Source of the DNA: an uncultured Eubacteriales bacterium
GTDB lineage: Bacteria > Acidobacteriota > Aminicenantia > Aminicenantales > Aminicenantaceae
NCBI GenBank assembly: GCA_964580235.1
Contig: CAZOJY010000002.1
Coordinates: 12,994 to 76,993, forward strand
Length of the DNA: 64,000 bases
Direction of reading: 5' to 3'
This document shows, piece after piece, positions 1 through 9,409 of this stretch. Position numbers and translations under genes: made by a program. The notes under the pieces were generated by a model. The model was not told where the DNA came from. It worked only from the letters and a program-made list of their open reading frames with translations, and did not search any database. Position 1 is the first letter of the stretch, and each line of letters begins with the position of its first letter.

Positions 1-473
1 ATGGGGATATCTTTCCCGAACCGCAGATGCTTCTCACAGAAGTCCCAAGGCTGGCCGGAACGGATGGACGCAAGATGAGCAATTCTCTCCACAACGCCAT
101 TTATCTTAACGATACTCCTGATGTCATCCGCAGAAAAATAACTCCGATGGTAACCGACACGCGCCGAAAGCGGAAGGCCGATCCCGGCGTTCCGGAAGAC
201 TGTCCCGTGTTTACGCTGCACAAGGCATTTGTCAATCGGGAAAAAAGAGAGGAACTGGCACAAGGATGCCGAACAGCCGGAATCGGCTGCCTGGAATGCA
301 AAAATGTGATCATCGTTATCCTGACCGAAACTTTATCCCCTTTCCAAGAAAAAAGGAGAGAGTTTGAAGAAAATCCCCAATTGGTCTGGGATATTATAGA
401 AGAAGGAAACAGGAAGGCGAGAAAAACGGCCCAAAAGACAATGGAAGAAGTCAGGCAAGCCATAGGTCTTTGA
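1..473 (+). CDS. trpS: tryptophan--tRNA ligase, C-terminal part (5' end lies upstream of the window; codons start at base 3)
   Basis: The frame stays open back to base 3 (GDIFPEPQMLLTEVPRLAGTDGRKMSNS...). It has a class-I KMSKS-type loop (KMSNS) followed by a TrpRS-like C-terminal helical domain. Stop at 471-473. Confidence 0.85.
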   Translation, partial: GDIFPEPQMLLTEVPRLAGTDGRKMSNSLHNAIYLNDTPDVIRRKITPMVTDTRRKRKADPGVPEDCPVFTLHKAFVNREKREELAQGCRTAGIGCLECKNVIIVILTETLSPFQEKRREFEENPQLVWDIIEEGNRKARKTAQKTMEEVRQAIGL

Positions 474-493
474 TGACGGGTTTTCAGGTCTAG

Positions 494-1219
494 ATGGAAG
501 AGGCAAGAGATTATCAGGTTAACCTGGATATTTTCCAAGGCCCCCTTGACCTCCTTCTTTTTCTCATCAGAAAAAAAAAGATCGACATCCACGACATCCC
601 GATAGCGACGATCACTAGAGAGTATTTGGCGCATCTTAGCCAAAAAGAAAAAATTAACTTGGAACATGAAGGGGAATTCCTTTTGATGGCGGCCCTGTTG
701 ATCTACATCAAATCCCAAATGCTCCTCCCGAGAGAAAGCACACCGGAGGACGAGGAGGACCCGCGAAAATTCCTGGTTGAGCGCCTTTTGGATTTCCAAA
801 AAATACAGGCAGCTGGTACTCTGCTCAGAAAAAAAGAAGGCCAGCAAAAAAAGCTCTGGAAAAGAACGGCCCCTCCAGTGCTGCCCACAACAGAGGAAGG
901 GGAAATAGTTGAGGTGTCTTTGTTCGAACTGGCAGAGGCCTTTCTCTCCTTGATGAAGAGGAGAGAACAGGAAAATAGGCACTTGATTCACGGAAAAGAG
1001 TACTCCCTTGAAGAAAAAATGAAAGAATTAGTCAAACGCCTCGAGGAAAGCGGTTATCTTGACTTTTACGAATATTTTAACGCTCAAGAAAGCATTGAAG
1101 AAGCTCTCATCTCATTTTTCTGCCTGTTGGAGCTGATCAAAGCCCGCATCGTCATGGCTGTTCAAAAGAGCCTGTTCCACTCGATCAAGGTCTGGCCCAT
1201 GCAGGAGGTTCAATCGTGA
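494..1219 (+). CDS. scpA: segregation and condensation protein A (ScpA kleisin)
   Basis: N-terminal ScpA signature DYQVNLDIFQGPLDLLLFLIRKKKIDIHDIPIATITREYL. Length 241 aa. 4-nt GTGA overlap with scpB. Confidence 0.85.
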   Translation: MEEARDYQVNLDIFQGPLDLLLFLIRKKKIDIHDIPIATITREYLAHLSQKEKINLEHEGEFLLMAALLIYIKSQMLLPRESTPEDEEDPRKFLVERLLDFQKIQAAGTLLRKKEGQQKKLWKRTAPPVLPTTEEGEIVEVSLFELAEAFLSLMKRREQENRHLIHGKEYSLEEKMKELVKRLEESGYLDFYEYFNAQESIEEALISFFCLLELIKARIVMAVQKSLFHSIKVWPMQEVQS

Positions 1220-1764
1220 GGACTCGGTTGAAGGATGTTATCGAGTCATTAATCTTCGTTTCCTTAGAGCCTCTGAATCTAGAAAAAATCAAGAGCATCT
1301 GCACGGAATTTACAGACAGAGAAATCGAACAAGCTATCCAGGAGCTCGTGACAAGCTACGCGTCCAATGAAAGAGGAATTCAGATCATCCAGGCAGCCGG
1401 TGGTTATTTGTTTTCGACAAAATCCGAACATGACCAGTGGATTCGCCGGCTCCTAAGCCTTGATCAAAAGAGTAGACTTTCACGTGCAGCACTGGAGACT
1501 TTAGCAATTGTTGCCTATCACCAGCCCATCACCCTTGCTGAGATATCGGTATTACGCAGCGTGGATGCCACATATTCGTTAAAATCCTTGCTCCAGAAAA
1601 AATTTGTCAAAATAACCGGAAGGAAAAAAAGTCCGGGAAGACCCCTAATATACAGGACCACGGATAAATTTTTAACATATTTCGGATTGAACAAGCTCAG
1701 TGATCTCCCATCGGAAGAAGAAATTTCAAAAATACTGGAAGAGGAAAAAATCCTCAATGAATAG
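1216..1764 (+). CDS. scpB: segregation and condensation protein B (ScpB)
   Basis: IESLIFVSLEPLNLEKI N-terminus and AALETLAIVAYHQPITLAEISVLRSV winged-helix segment typical of ScpB. GTG start at 1216 preceded by AGGAGG (1203-1208). Confidence 0.85.
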   Translation: MRTRLKDVIESLIFVSLEPLNLEKIKSICTEFTDREIEQAIQELVTSYASNERGIQIIQAAGGYLFSTKSEHDQWIRRLLSLDQKSRLSRAALETLAIVAYHQPITLAEISVLRSVDATYSLKSLLQKKFVKITGRKKSPGRPLIYRTTDKFLTYFGLNKLSDLPSEEEISKILEEEKILNE

Positions 1765-1920
1765 GAGTTCCTTCCCAATCAGAAAATGTGATTTGTGCCA
1801 ACTTCAATCCCTGATAATTCCAAAAAATTCCCTCCCATACTGAAGTTAATCAGATCAGCTAGGGTGCTTTTCTCAGACTGCCAAAATTAGCATAAGTCTA
1901 GATTTTACCTATATTTAGCA

Positions 1921-1953
1921 TTGACATAGAGGTTTTAAATAATGTAGTATAGT
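1921..1953 (+). promoter_or_regulatory. sigma-70-like promoter upstream of ispH
   Basis: TTGACA (1921-1926), 18-nt spacer, TAGTAT (1945-1950). GGAGAA Shine-Dalgarno lies just before ATG 1973. Confidence 0.35.
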
Positions 1954-1972
1954 CATTCTTTCTTGGAGAAAT

Positions 1973-2851
1973 ATGGAAGTCATTATCGCAAAGAATTCTG
2001 GTTTATGTTACGGAGTCAAAAGGGCTCTCCGTCTGGCCAAGGAAACAAGAAAACGGAAAACAGGAAAAGTTTTCACCTTTGGCGACTTGATCCATAATCC
2101 TCAGGTCATCGCCGATTTAGAGAGAAAAGGCATTCATTCGATTGATGATCTCGGCCTGATTGGAGAAGGAACGGTTATCATCCGGAGTCATGGCGTTTCT
2201 CCAAAAATTTATAACTCCCTGAATAAAAAACAAACAGAGACTGTGGACGCCACATGTCCCATTGTAAAAAAAATACAAAAACTGGTTGAGGCTCTGGCAA
2301 AAAAAGAGGAAGAAATCATCATTGTGGGAAACAAACAACATCCTGAGATAAAAGGGCTTATCGGGTATTCAGAGGGAAAAGGAATCATCATAGAAAGCGA
2401 ACGCCAGGCCAAAAATCTCTCTCCCAAAAAGCGACGAGCTATTCTCGCCCAATCCACCCAGGATTTGTTTCTCTTCATCGCTGTTGTGGCCGCTCTCATT
2501 GAAAGAACTGAAGAATTGAACGTATTCAATACAATCTGCCAATCCACTCAAACGCGACAAAAATCCACATCAGAACTGGCATCTTGTGTCGATACTCTGT
2601 TCATAATCGGAGGCCAAAACAGTTCCAACACGAAAAAGCTTTATCAGATATCAAGACGAATTTTACCTAACACGTATTTCATCGAAAAGGCAGATCAAAT
2701 CACGCCCATTATGGTAAAAGGAGCAAAAAAAATAGGTCTTTCCGGAGGAGCTTCCACCCCTCCTGAAGCAATCCAAGAAGCTGTGGCGAAGATAAAATCT
2801 TGCTATAGGCGACAATCTCATTCTGAAAAGAGGACCCAATGTCAGAACTAA
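1973..2851 (+). CDS. ispH: 4-hydroxy-3-methylbut-2-enyl diphosphate reductase (IspH/LytB)
   Basis: The three cluster cysteines sit in typical contexts (SGLCYGVKRAL, VDATCPIVKK, FNTICQSTQTRQ), plus HNPQV and SSNTKKL motifs. Confidence 0.9.
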   Translation: MEVIIAKNSGLCYGVKRALRLAKETRKRKTGKVFTFGDLIHNPQVIADLERKGIHSIDDLGLIGEGTVIIRSHGVSPKIYNSLNKKQTETVDATCPIVKKIQKLVEALAKKEEEIIIVGNKQHPEIKGLIGYSEGKGIIIESERQAKNLSPKKRRAILAQSTQDLFLFIAVVAALIERTEELNVFNTICQSTQTRQKSTSELASCVDTLFIIGGQNSSNTKKLYQISRRILPNTYFIEKADQITPIMVKGAKKIGLSGGASTPPEAIQEAVAKIKSCYRRQSHSEKRTQCQN

Positions 2852-4608
2852 TTAAAAATCCAAAAAAAGAAGATGACCTCACACGTGAGGATTATGCTAA
2901 TCTTCTTGAAAAATATCAATTCAACACCAAAGAACTAGAACCCGGCAAAATTCTCAAAGGAAAAGTGATCAAGATCACCTCCGCCCACGTAATCGTAGAT
3001 GTGGGATTTAAGTCTGAGGGTATCATCCCGATCGAAGACTTCATCGACCATCAAGATCCAAAAACTCTCCAGCCAGGAGATGATGTTGAAGCTGTCCTCG
3101 AAAAAAGCAATCTCAGAGAGGGATATCTCATCCTCTCGAAAAAGAAGGCCATTGCCATAAAAGCACTGAATAATCTGGAGAAAGCCTATCAGCACAACAG
3201 CTGGATAGTCGGAAAAATCACAGGAAAAATTAAAAACGGGTACAACGTCAATGTTGGGATCATGGCATTCCTCCCTGATTCTCACGCCGATGTAAAAATT
3301 GTGAAAGATTCGACAAAGCTCATAGGGAACCTGTACAAGTTCAAAGTTATAAAGTTTGATAGGAGGACAGAAAATGCTGTTCTATCCCGCAAACTTTACC
3401 TTCAGGATGAAAGGGAGAAAAAAAAGAGACGGGTGTTTGATCAATTGAGTTCCGGAAAAAAAGTAAAGGGACGAGTCAAATCCCTCACGAACTTCGGCGC
3501 CTTTATAGATTTAGGAGGGATAGAAGGCCTGCTCCATATTTCGGACATATCCTGGGGAAAGATCAACCATCCTTCCGAGATTTTCGAACCCGGACAGGAG
3601 ATCGAGGCTATCGTGCTTGGGTTCGACGAAAAAGAGGAAAAAATTTCATTGGGATATAAGCAGCTCAGCCGCGATCCCTGGGAAAACATCGAAGAGCGAT
3701 ATCAGGCAGGACAAAAAGTTGCTGGAAGGGTCGTAAGTTTGACTGATTTTGGGGCATTTGTCGAAATCGAGCCGGGTGTCGAGGGATTGGTTCATGTTTC
3801 AGATTTATCCTGGTCCCGCAAATCCGTTCATCCCAAAAAAATCCTTTCCCCGGGGGAAGAGGTCACGGTCGCTATTCTGGCCATAAATCCTGCCGCCAAG
3901 AGAATTTCTTTGGGTCTCAAACAGATCACCGCCCATCCACTAGAACTGTTCAGGCAGACATACAGCCCAGGATCTCGGATAAAAGGAACCATAACCAATA
4001 TCACAGATTTCGGCGCATTTATGGAGGTAGAAAAGGATATCGAAGGACTTATCCATATCTCTGATATGAGCTGGAAAAAAATAAAGCACCCCTCTGATTT
4101 GCTAAAGGTGGGAGAGGAAGCCGAAGCCATTATCTTGAATATTGATGTCAAAAAACAAAAACTCTCATTGGGTATTAAACAGCTGGAAGGAGACATTTGG
4201 GAAGATTTTTTTACTCGACAAAAGGTGGGAGATCTTGTCAAAGTGAGGATCGTCCGTATTGCCAGCTTTGGCGTATTCGTCGAAATAACCCCGGGCATCG
4301 AAGGTGTTGTCTTTCTTTCTGAGTTGGATGATCACAAAATCGAAAATCCGGCCGATATCTTTAAGGTCGGGGAAGAAAAACTGGCCAAAATATTAAAATT
4401 GAATCAAGCAGAGAAAAAGATTTCATTAAGTTTTAGACAGGCGCAGATGGAAGTGCAAAAATTGGAATATCAGAAATATGTCCGAAGTCAGGATGATCGG
4501 CTGACCCTGGGAGATTTGATGAAAGACAAGTTGAAAAATTTAGAAGCTCCGAAAAAGCAAGCAAAAAAAACAAAGAAAAAAAAGGAGGAAAAAAATGATA
4601 AAAGTTGA
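2839..4608 (+). CDS. rpsA: 30S ribosomal protein S1 (six S1 domains, lysine-rich tail)
   Basis: Six repeats of the S1 OB-fold pattern (e.g. GRVKSLTNFGAFIDLGGIEGLLHISDISW, GRVVSLTDFGAFVEIEPGVEGLVHVSDLSW). 13-nt overlap with ispH. Confidence 0.9.
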   Translation: MSELIKNPKKEDDLTREDYANLLEKYQFNTKELEPGKILKGKVIKITSAHVIVDVGFKSEGIIPIEDFIDHQDPKTLQPGDDVEAVLEKSNLREGYLILSKKKAIAIKALNNLEKAYQHNSWIVGKITGKIKNGYNVNVGIMAFLPDSHADVKIVKDSTKLIGNLYKFKVIKFDRRTENAVLSRKLYLQDEREKKKRRVFDQLSSGKKVKGRVKSLTNFGAFIDLGGIEGLLHISDISWGKINHPSEIFEPGQEIEAIVLGFDEKEEKISLGYKQLSRDPWENIEERYQAGQKVAGRVVSLTDFGAFVEIEPGVEGLVHVSDLSWSRKSVHPKKILSPGEEVTVAILAINPAAKRISLGLKQITAHPLELFRQTYSPGSRIKGTITNITDFGAFMEVEKDIEGLIHISDMSWKKIKHPSDLLKVGEEAEAIILNIDVKKQKLSLGIKQLEGDIWEDFFTRQKVGDLVKVRIVRIASFGVFVEITPGIEGVVFLSELDDHKIENPADIFKVGEEKLAKILKLNQAEKKISLSFRQAQMEVQKLEYQKYVRSQDDRLTLGDLMKDKLKNLEAPKKQAKKTKKKKEEKNDKS

Positions 4609-4870
4609 TTTAATCAATAAAATCGCAAAAGAATTGAGCATCTCAAAACAAGAAGCAGAAACAGGAGTCAATCTCTTTTTTCAAACATTGAAGGACGCCT
4701 TGCTGCGGGGAGAGGAAATAGAACTCAGGGGATTCGGCAGTTTTCGTTTTCGTACTCGAGGAGCTCGCTCGGGAAGAAATCCACGCACAGGACAACCTGT
4801 TCAAGTTCCTCCAAAAAAAGTTCTGTATTTCAAACCGAGTAAATTAATCAAAAGCATGATAAACAGGTAA
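4595..4870 (+). CDS. HU/IHF family DNA-binding protein (IHF-beta-like)
   Basis: IELRGFGSFRFRTRGARSGRNPRTGQPVQVPPKKVLYFKPSK matches the IHF/HU arm motif (RGFGSF...GRNPxTG...FKP). Length 91 aa. It lies directly after rpsA, as ihfB does in E. coli. Confidence 0.85.
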   Translation: MIKVDLINKIAKELSISKQEAETGVNLFFQTLKDALLRGEEIELRGFGSFRFRTRGARSGRNPRTGQPVQVPPKKVLYFKPSKLIKSMINR

Positions 4871-5364
4871 TGGAATACATCACGGCACCGTGGAGAGAAG
4901 AGTATATTAAAAAAGTGTCCAAAATGGAGGGGTGCATCTTCTGTCTGGCTTTAAAAGAAAATAAGGACAAGAAATTTTTTATCCTGTACAGAGGACGATA
5001 CAATTTCATTCTGTTGAACAAATACCCATACACACCGGGTCATCTGATGATAGCTCCGTATAAACATCTGAATTCTATCGAATTAGCCGAAAAAGGATCT
5101 GCTGAAGAACTGATCGAACTTCTTAAAAAATGCTTGCGGATTCTAAGAGAACAGTACAATCCTCATGGTTTCAATACCGGGATGAATATTGGACACAGCG
5201 CAGGAGCAGGAGTGGCAGATCATTATCATCTCCACATCATTCCCCGCTGGATTGGAGATTCTAATTTTATGCCTCTTGTTGGAAAAACAAAAGTTGTCTT
5301 GAAGGATCTCCATACAACCTATGACCAATTGTTCTCCCATTTCCAAAAAAAGGACAACCAGTGA
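4870..5364 (+). CDS. HIT family protein (nucleotide hydrolase/transferase)
   Basis: Histidine triad DHYHLHIIPRW. Length 164 aa. Its ATG shares one base with the upstream TAA. Confidence 0.8.
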   Translation: MEYITAPWREEYIKKVSKMEGCIFCLALKENKDKKFFILYRGRYNFILLNKYPYTPGHLMIAPYKHLNSIELAEKGSAEELIELLKKCLRILREQYNPHGFNTGMNIGHSAGAGVADHYHLHIIPRWIGDSNFMPLVGKTKVVLKDLHTTYDQLFSHFQKKDNQ

Positions 5365-6503
5365 ATTTTAAACTCACAGAGGACCAGATTCTGATCAGGG
5401 ATATGATCCGAGATTTTGCCCAAAATGAGATCAGCCCTCGCGCCAAAAATCTTGAGGAATCGCATCAATTTCCCGATGAATTGCTGAAAAAAATTTCAGA
5501 GCTAGGAATCCTGGGCATGTCTATTCCCTCCGAATACGGGGGGATTAAGACAGATACACTCTCCCTTATTCTCGCACTAGAAGAAATAAGCCGCGTCCTT
5601 CCTGCCCTTTCTGTGATCATCAGTGTCCACTGCTCTCTTTTTTCCTATGCCATAGTGAAATTTGGCTCCGATCAACAGAAAAAAAAATATCTTCCCAAAG
5701 CCGCTAAAGGAGAGCTGCTCGGGGCTTTTGCCCTTACTGAGCCGGGAGCTGGATCAGACATTCATGGATTGAACACAAGGGCGGAAAAAAAGGGGGATTT
5801 TTATATATTGAACGGAACAAAGGCCTGGGTAACCACAGGGAGAGATGCTTTGGCATACATCCTTTTTGCAGCTTCAGAGAATCGACAGGGCGAAAAAAAA
5901 TTAAGCGCCTTTATTCTTAAAAAAAACACACCGGGTCTGCAAATCTCCACCATAGAAAAAAAAATGGGCCTGCACGCTTCGATCACCGCAGAGATTGTTC
6001 TGGAAAACTGCCGAGTTCCAGAGGAAAATCTCCTCGGGAAAGAAGGGAAAGGAGCAGAGATCGCACTGCACTGTCTTGATGGTTCCCGCATCGGAATCGC
6101 AGCACAATCCGTCGGGCTTTCTCAACGAGCGCTTGATGAGGCCGTCAAATATACCAAACACAGGGAAGCCTTCGGTAAATCTATATCCAATTTCCAGGCC
6201 ATTCAATTCATGATCGCGGATATGGCAACACTCACAGAATCTGCACGTTTGCTCACATACAAGGCGTCATATCTACTGGATAAAGGACTTCCTTTCTCTA
6301 AAGAGGCATCCATGGCCAAACTCTATGCCTCGGAAGCCGCCAACAAGATTGTTTACATGGCGCTGCAGATTCACGGTGGGTATGGATATTCCAGGGAATT
6401 TATTGTTGAGCAATTATACAGAGACGCTCGAGTCCTCACCATATATGAAGGGACTTCCGAAATACAGCGGCTCGTGATCTCCAAGCATTTGCTGCGAGAA
6501 TAA
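5361..6503 (+). CDS. acyl-CoA dehydrogenase (short/medium-chain type)
   Basis: LTEPGAGSD, QIHGGYGY and IYEGTSEIQRLVISKHL motifs. Length 380 aa. GTG start overlaps the HIT stop. Confidence 0.9.
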   Translation: MNFKLTEDQILIRDMIRDFAQNEISPRAKNLEESHQFPDELLKKISELGILGMSIPSEYGGIKTDTLSLILALEEISRVLPALSVIISVHCSLFSYAIVKFGSDQQKKKYLPKAAKGELLGAFALTEPGAGSDIHGLNTRAEKKGDFYILNGTKAWVTTGRDALAYILFAASENRQGEKKLSAFILKKNTPGLQISTIEKKMGLHASITAEIVLENCRVPEENLLGKEGKGAEIALHCLDGSRIGIAAQSVGLSQRALDEAVKYTKHREAFGKSISNFQAIQFMIADMATLTESARLLTYKASYLLDKGLPFSKEASMAKLYASEAANKIVYMALQIHGGYGYSREFIVEQLYRDARVLTIYEGTSEIQRLVISKHLLRE

Positions 6504-6572
6504 GGGGTTGATGATTCATGATGCATCGGAAGAATCAGAGTTTGCGAGTGAAAATGCAATAGAGGTGATACC

Positions 6573-8507
6573 ATGCTAAAATCAATGAGAAAAAATCTGA
6601 AATCCCTTGCCCCTGCTCTTTGGTTTGTGATCATTGCCTTCATCATCTCCATTTTTGCTGTATGGGGTGGAGCAGGCCGCCTCGGAGAAAGAGGAGGAAC
6701 AAACATCCTTGCATTTGTGGGAAAAGAGAAAATTTCGGTGAGTCTTTACTATCAAACCTTAAGACAACGGTTAGAAGCCATGCGCAAAGAATTCCAGGAG
6801 CTTGACAGCCGGTTCATCCAACAATTGAACATTCCTCAGCAAATCTTGAATCAACTCATCCAGCAGGCTCTCCTGACACAACTATCCAGAGAGATGGGAA
6901 TAAAAGCCACCGACGATGAAATACGAAATAAGATCATAAGTTACCCCGTATTCCAAAAGGACGGGCAGTTTATCGGATTTGCCCAGTACCGAAAAATTCT
7001 GGATTGGAACCGCATCCCTCTCTCAGAATTCGAAAATGGCCTGCGGCAAGAAATCATCATGGGAAAAGTTGTCGATGTGCTGACGGCGGGGGTGGCAGTG
7101 ACCGATGAGGAATTATGGGAGAACTATAAAAAAACTAATGACACAGCCAGGATAGAATATGTTACATTGGGAACGGACAAGATCAAATTGAATAACGTGC
7201 CAGATCCAGAGGAATTAAAGGAATATTTCGAGACAAACAAGGAAACCTACAAAATCCCGGAAAAAAGGGAAGCCGATTATTATTTTGTCAAAACAGAGGA
7301 CTTGAAGGCAGACGTTGAATTGAGCGATTCAGAAATCGAGTCGTACTACAATAAAAATACCGCTCGTTTCAAGGAACCCGAAAAAACGAGGGCCAGCCGG
7401 ATCTATCTTCCATTTGGGGACATAGAAAAAGATCTCGTATTGAAAGAGGCCAAAGATTTGCTCGACCAAATAAACAGCGGTCAAGATTTTGGAGAGCTGG
7501 CCAGAATCCATTCAAAAGATGAAAAAGCTCAAGACTCCGGAGACTGGGGTTTGTACGAATGGAAGAGTTTATCCCAACAGGAACAGGATGAAATCAATAG
7601 ACTATCTCCGGGCGATGTTTCCGGCGTGCTGGAAATCTCAGATGGAGCAGTCATCCTCAAAGTGACTGAAAAAGAACCCGAATCCACTCAGCCTCTCAAA
7701 GCCGTAAGGGAAAGAATCATCAACATCCTCCAAGATGAAAAGGCACGTCAGCTGGCCGAAAAGAAAATTACCCAGCTGGAAAAGGCGGCAAAAAAAGAAA
7801 ACAGCCTGGATGTCGCGGCACAAACCCTGGGGCTAAGGATCCGCAATTCGGGTCTTCTCAAAGAAAATGATCCGCTGGAGGATATCGATCCCTCTGGATC
7901 CATAAGCATGACACTGTTCAGCATAAAGGAGAATGAAATTTCTTCGCCGATCTACACATACCAAGGGGTCGGCCTTGCCCAACTGATGAAAATCGAGCCT
8001 CCTCGCCCAGCCAACTTCGAGGAAGTCAAGGAGGAAGTTACAAAGGATTTTACGGCCTTGAAAAAAAAGGACATCGCTATCGAACGAATCAAAAAGGTGA
8101 AACGAGATCTCAGCAAAAAAAAGCTGGAGGATCTGGCAGAAGATTACTCGCTAGAATACAAAACCGTTGAAGAACACAAAAGAGGGCAATATCTTGGAAT
8201 TATCGGAGAGAACAGAGAGATCGACAGGCTTGCATTTTCGCTTCCGCTGAATGAAGCAAGCGACCCGATAGAGTTTGAATCCGGATATGCACTTGTTCAG
8301 GTCCTTGACCGGAAAGAAGTCACCAAAGAAGACTTTGAGAAGGAAAAGGCAAGCGAAAAAGAAAAATACCTGGAGACGAAGCGAAATAGATTTTTTTCCT
8401 CTTATATGGCTAAATTACAGGAGGAAAAAGAAGTGAGAATAAGATACGATCTTTTCCAGAAAACAAATTCGGACATTCTTTCCCGTTTTGGGGGCGAAGA
8501 GGAATAA
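6573..8507 (+). CDS. periplasmic chaperone / peptidyl-prolyl isomerase, PpiD/SurA-N type
   Basis: N-terminal membrane anchor (LAPALWFVIIAFIISIFAVWGG), a SurA-N-like region and a parvulin-like segment (ASRIYLPF...GQDFGELARIHSKD...GDWG). Confidence 0.7.
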   Translation: MLKSMRKNLKSLAPALWFVIIAFIISIFAVWGGAGRLGERGGTNILAFVGKEKISVSLYYQTLRQRLEAMRKEFQELDSRFIQQLNIPQQILNQLIQQALLTQLSREMGIKATDDEIRNKIISYPVFQKDGQFIGFAQYRKILDWNRIPLSEFENGLRQEIIMGKVVDVLTAGVAVTDEELWENYKKTNDTARIEYVTLGTDKIKLNNVPDPEELKEYFETNKETYKIPEKREADYYFVKTEDLKADVELSDSEIESYYNKNTARFKEPEKTRASRIYLPFGDIEKDLVLKEAKDLLDQINSGQDFGELARIHSKDEKAQDSGDWGLYEWKSLSQQEQDEINRLSPGDVSGVLEISDGAVILKVTEKEPESTQPLKAVRERIINILQDEKARQLAEKKITQLEKAAKKENSLDVAAQTLGLRIRNSGLLKENDPLEDIDPSGSISMTLFSIKENEISSPIYTYQGVGLAQLMKIEPPRPANFEEVKEEVTKDFTALKKKDIAIERIKKVKRDLSKKKLEDLAEDYSLEYKTVEEHKRGQYLGIIGENREIDRLAFSLPLNEASDPIEFESGYALVQVLDRKEVTKEDFEKEKASEKEKYLETKRNRFFSSYMAKLQEEKEVRIRYDLFQKTNSDILSRFGGEEE

Positions 8508-8519
8508 AAAAGGGATCGG

Positions 8520-9278
8520 CTAGACTTTGATGAGCTCCATGAAGAGGTCCTTCACTCTGCGTTCCATGGCCGTTCGGAATTTCTCCACGCTTGCCACAAA
8601 GCCATCTGCCATATAATCCGTAATATACATCGGCTCTCCAATATTGACCTTAATTTTGCTGGGAATAAACGCAGGAGAATGAGTTCCAAAAAAAGCCACC
8701 GGTGTAACGGCGACGGGAATATTCTCCTCCGTGTAAAGATTATAGGAAAGGATAGAAGGCCCCTTCCGGAAAGGGCTGATATAGGGATTGAGGTCTTTTT
8801 TACTCATTCTTCCTATTCCCTGGAGCGCGATGATGGCTCTCCCCCGTTTCAGATATTCTTGACATTTCTCGATGGCCAATCTTTTCTGCCTCGTTAAATC
8901 CACGGGAATGGTGCCAGTTTTGGCCAGGTTGGATGAAACAAAATTAACCAATCGAGATGTTATGGGCTGCAAAATCAAGTTTAAAAAATATCCGAGACTT
9001 TTCATATGCAATTGGAAATGTTCTCTGATCATAACGCTGAATTCATCCTTGTTGAACAATCGGCTGTTAGCCGTGAAAAAAATCGGACGGGGCACAATCT
9101 TTAAGATGATCGCCACATCTTTGAACGTCCCGACATGGTTGCCCACAATTATGTTCGGGCCTCTTTTGATAAAATTTCTCTTTCCCAAGACTTCTATTTT
9201 TTTTCCGAGAAGAGAAAAATCACAAAGTTTGATCACCTTGGGCATCAATTTTTTGAATTCCGTTTCAGGGCTGGCCAT
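8520..9278 (-). CDS. lysophospholipid (1-acyl-sn-glycerol-3-phosphate) acyltransferase family protein
   Basis: HX4D acyltransferase motif NHVGTFKD near the N-terminus. Length 252 aa. Confidence 0.65.
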   Translation of the reverse strand: MASPETEFKKLMPKVIKLCDFSLLGKKIEVLGKRNFIKRGPNIIVGNHVGTFKDVAIILKIVPRPIFFTANSRLFNKDEFSVMIREHFQLHMKSLGYFLNLILQPITSRLVNFVSSNLAKTGTIPVDLTRQKRLAIEKCQEYLKRGRAIIALQGIGRMSKKDLNPYISPFRKGPSILSYNLYTEENIPVAVTPVAFFGTHSPAFIPSKIKVNIGEPMYITDYMADGFVASVEKFRTAMERRVKDLFMELIKV

Positions 9279-9409
9279 TTTTTTTATTATAACACAATGG
9301 GATCAGATATAAATAACTCTGAGAAAAAAACTGATGCCTGCTATGCTTGAAAATCCGGATAATCCATGTTAATTTATCGGTTGACTTAAAATCTCACAAA
9401 CGTCATGCG

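Noticed and set aside
101-991. 296-aa ORF antisense to trpS and scpA, the longest non-annotated ORF in the track.
   Set aside because: Over scpA it is the codon-aligned reverse frame, which stays open whenever the sense strand avoids TTA, CTA and TCA. Its product is low-complexity (Phe/Leu/Ser-rich) with no motif. Both sense genes are confidently identified.
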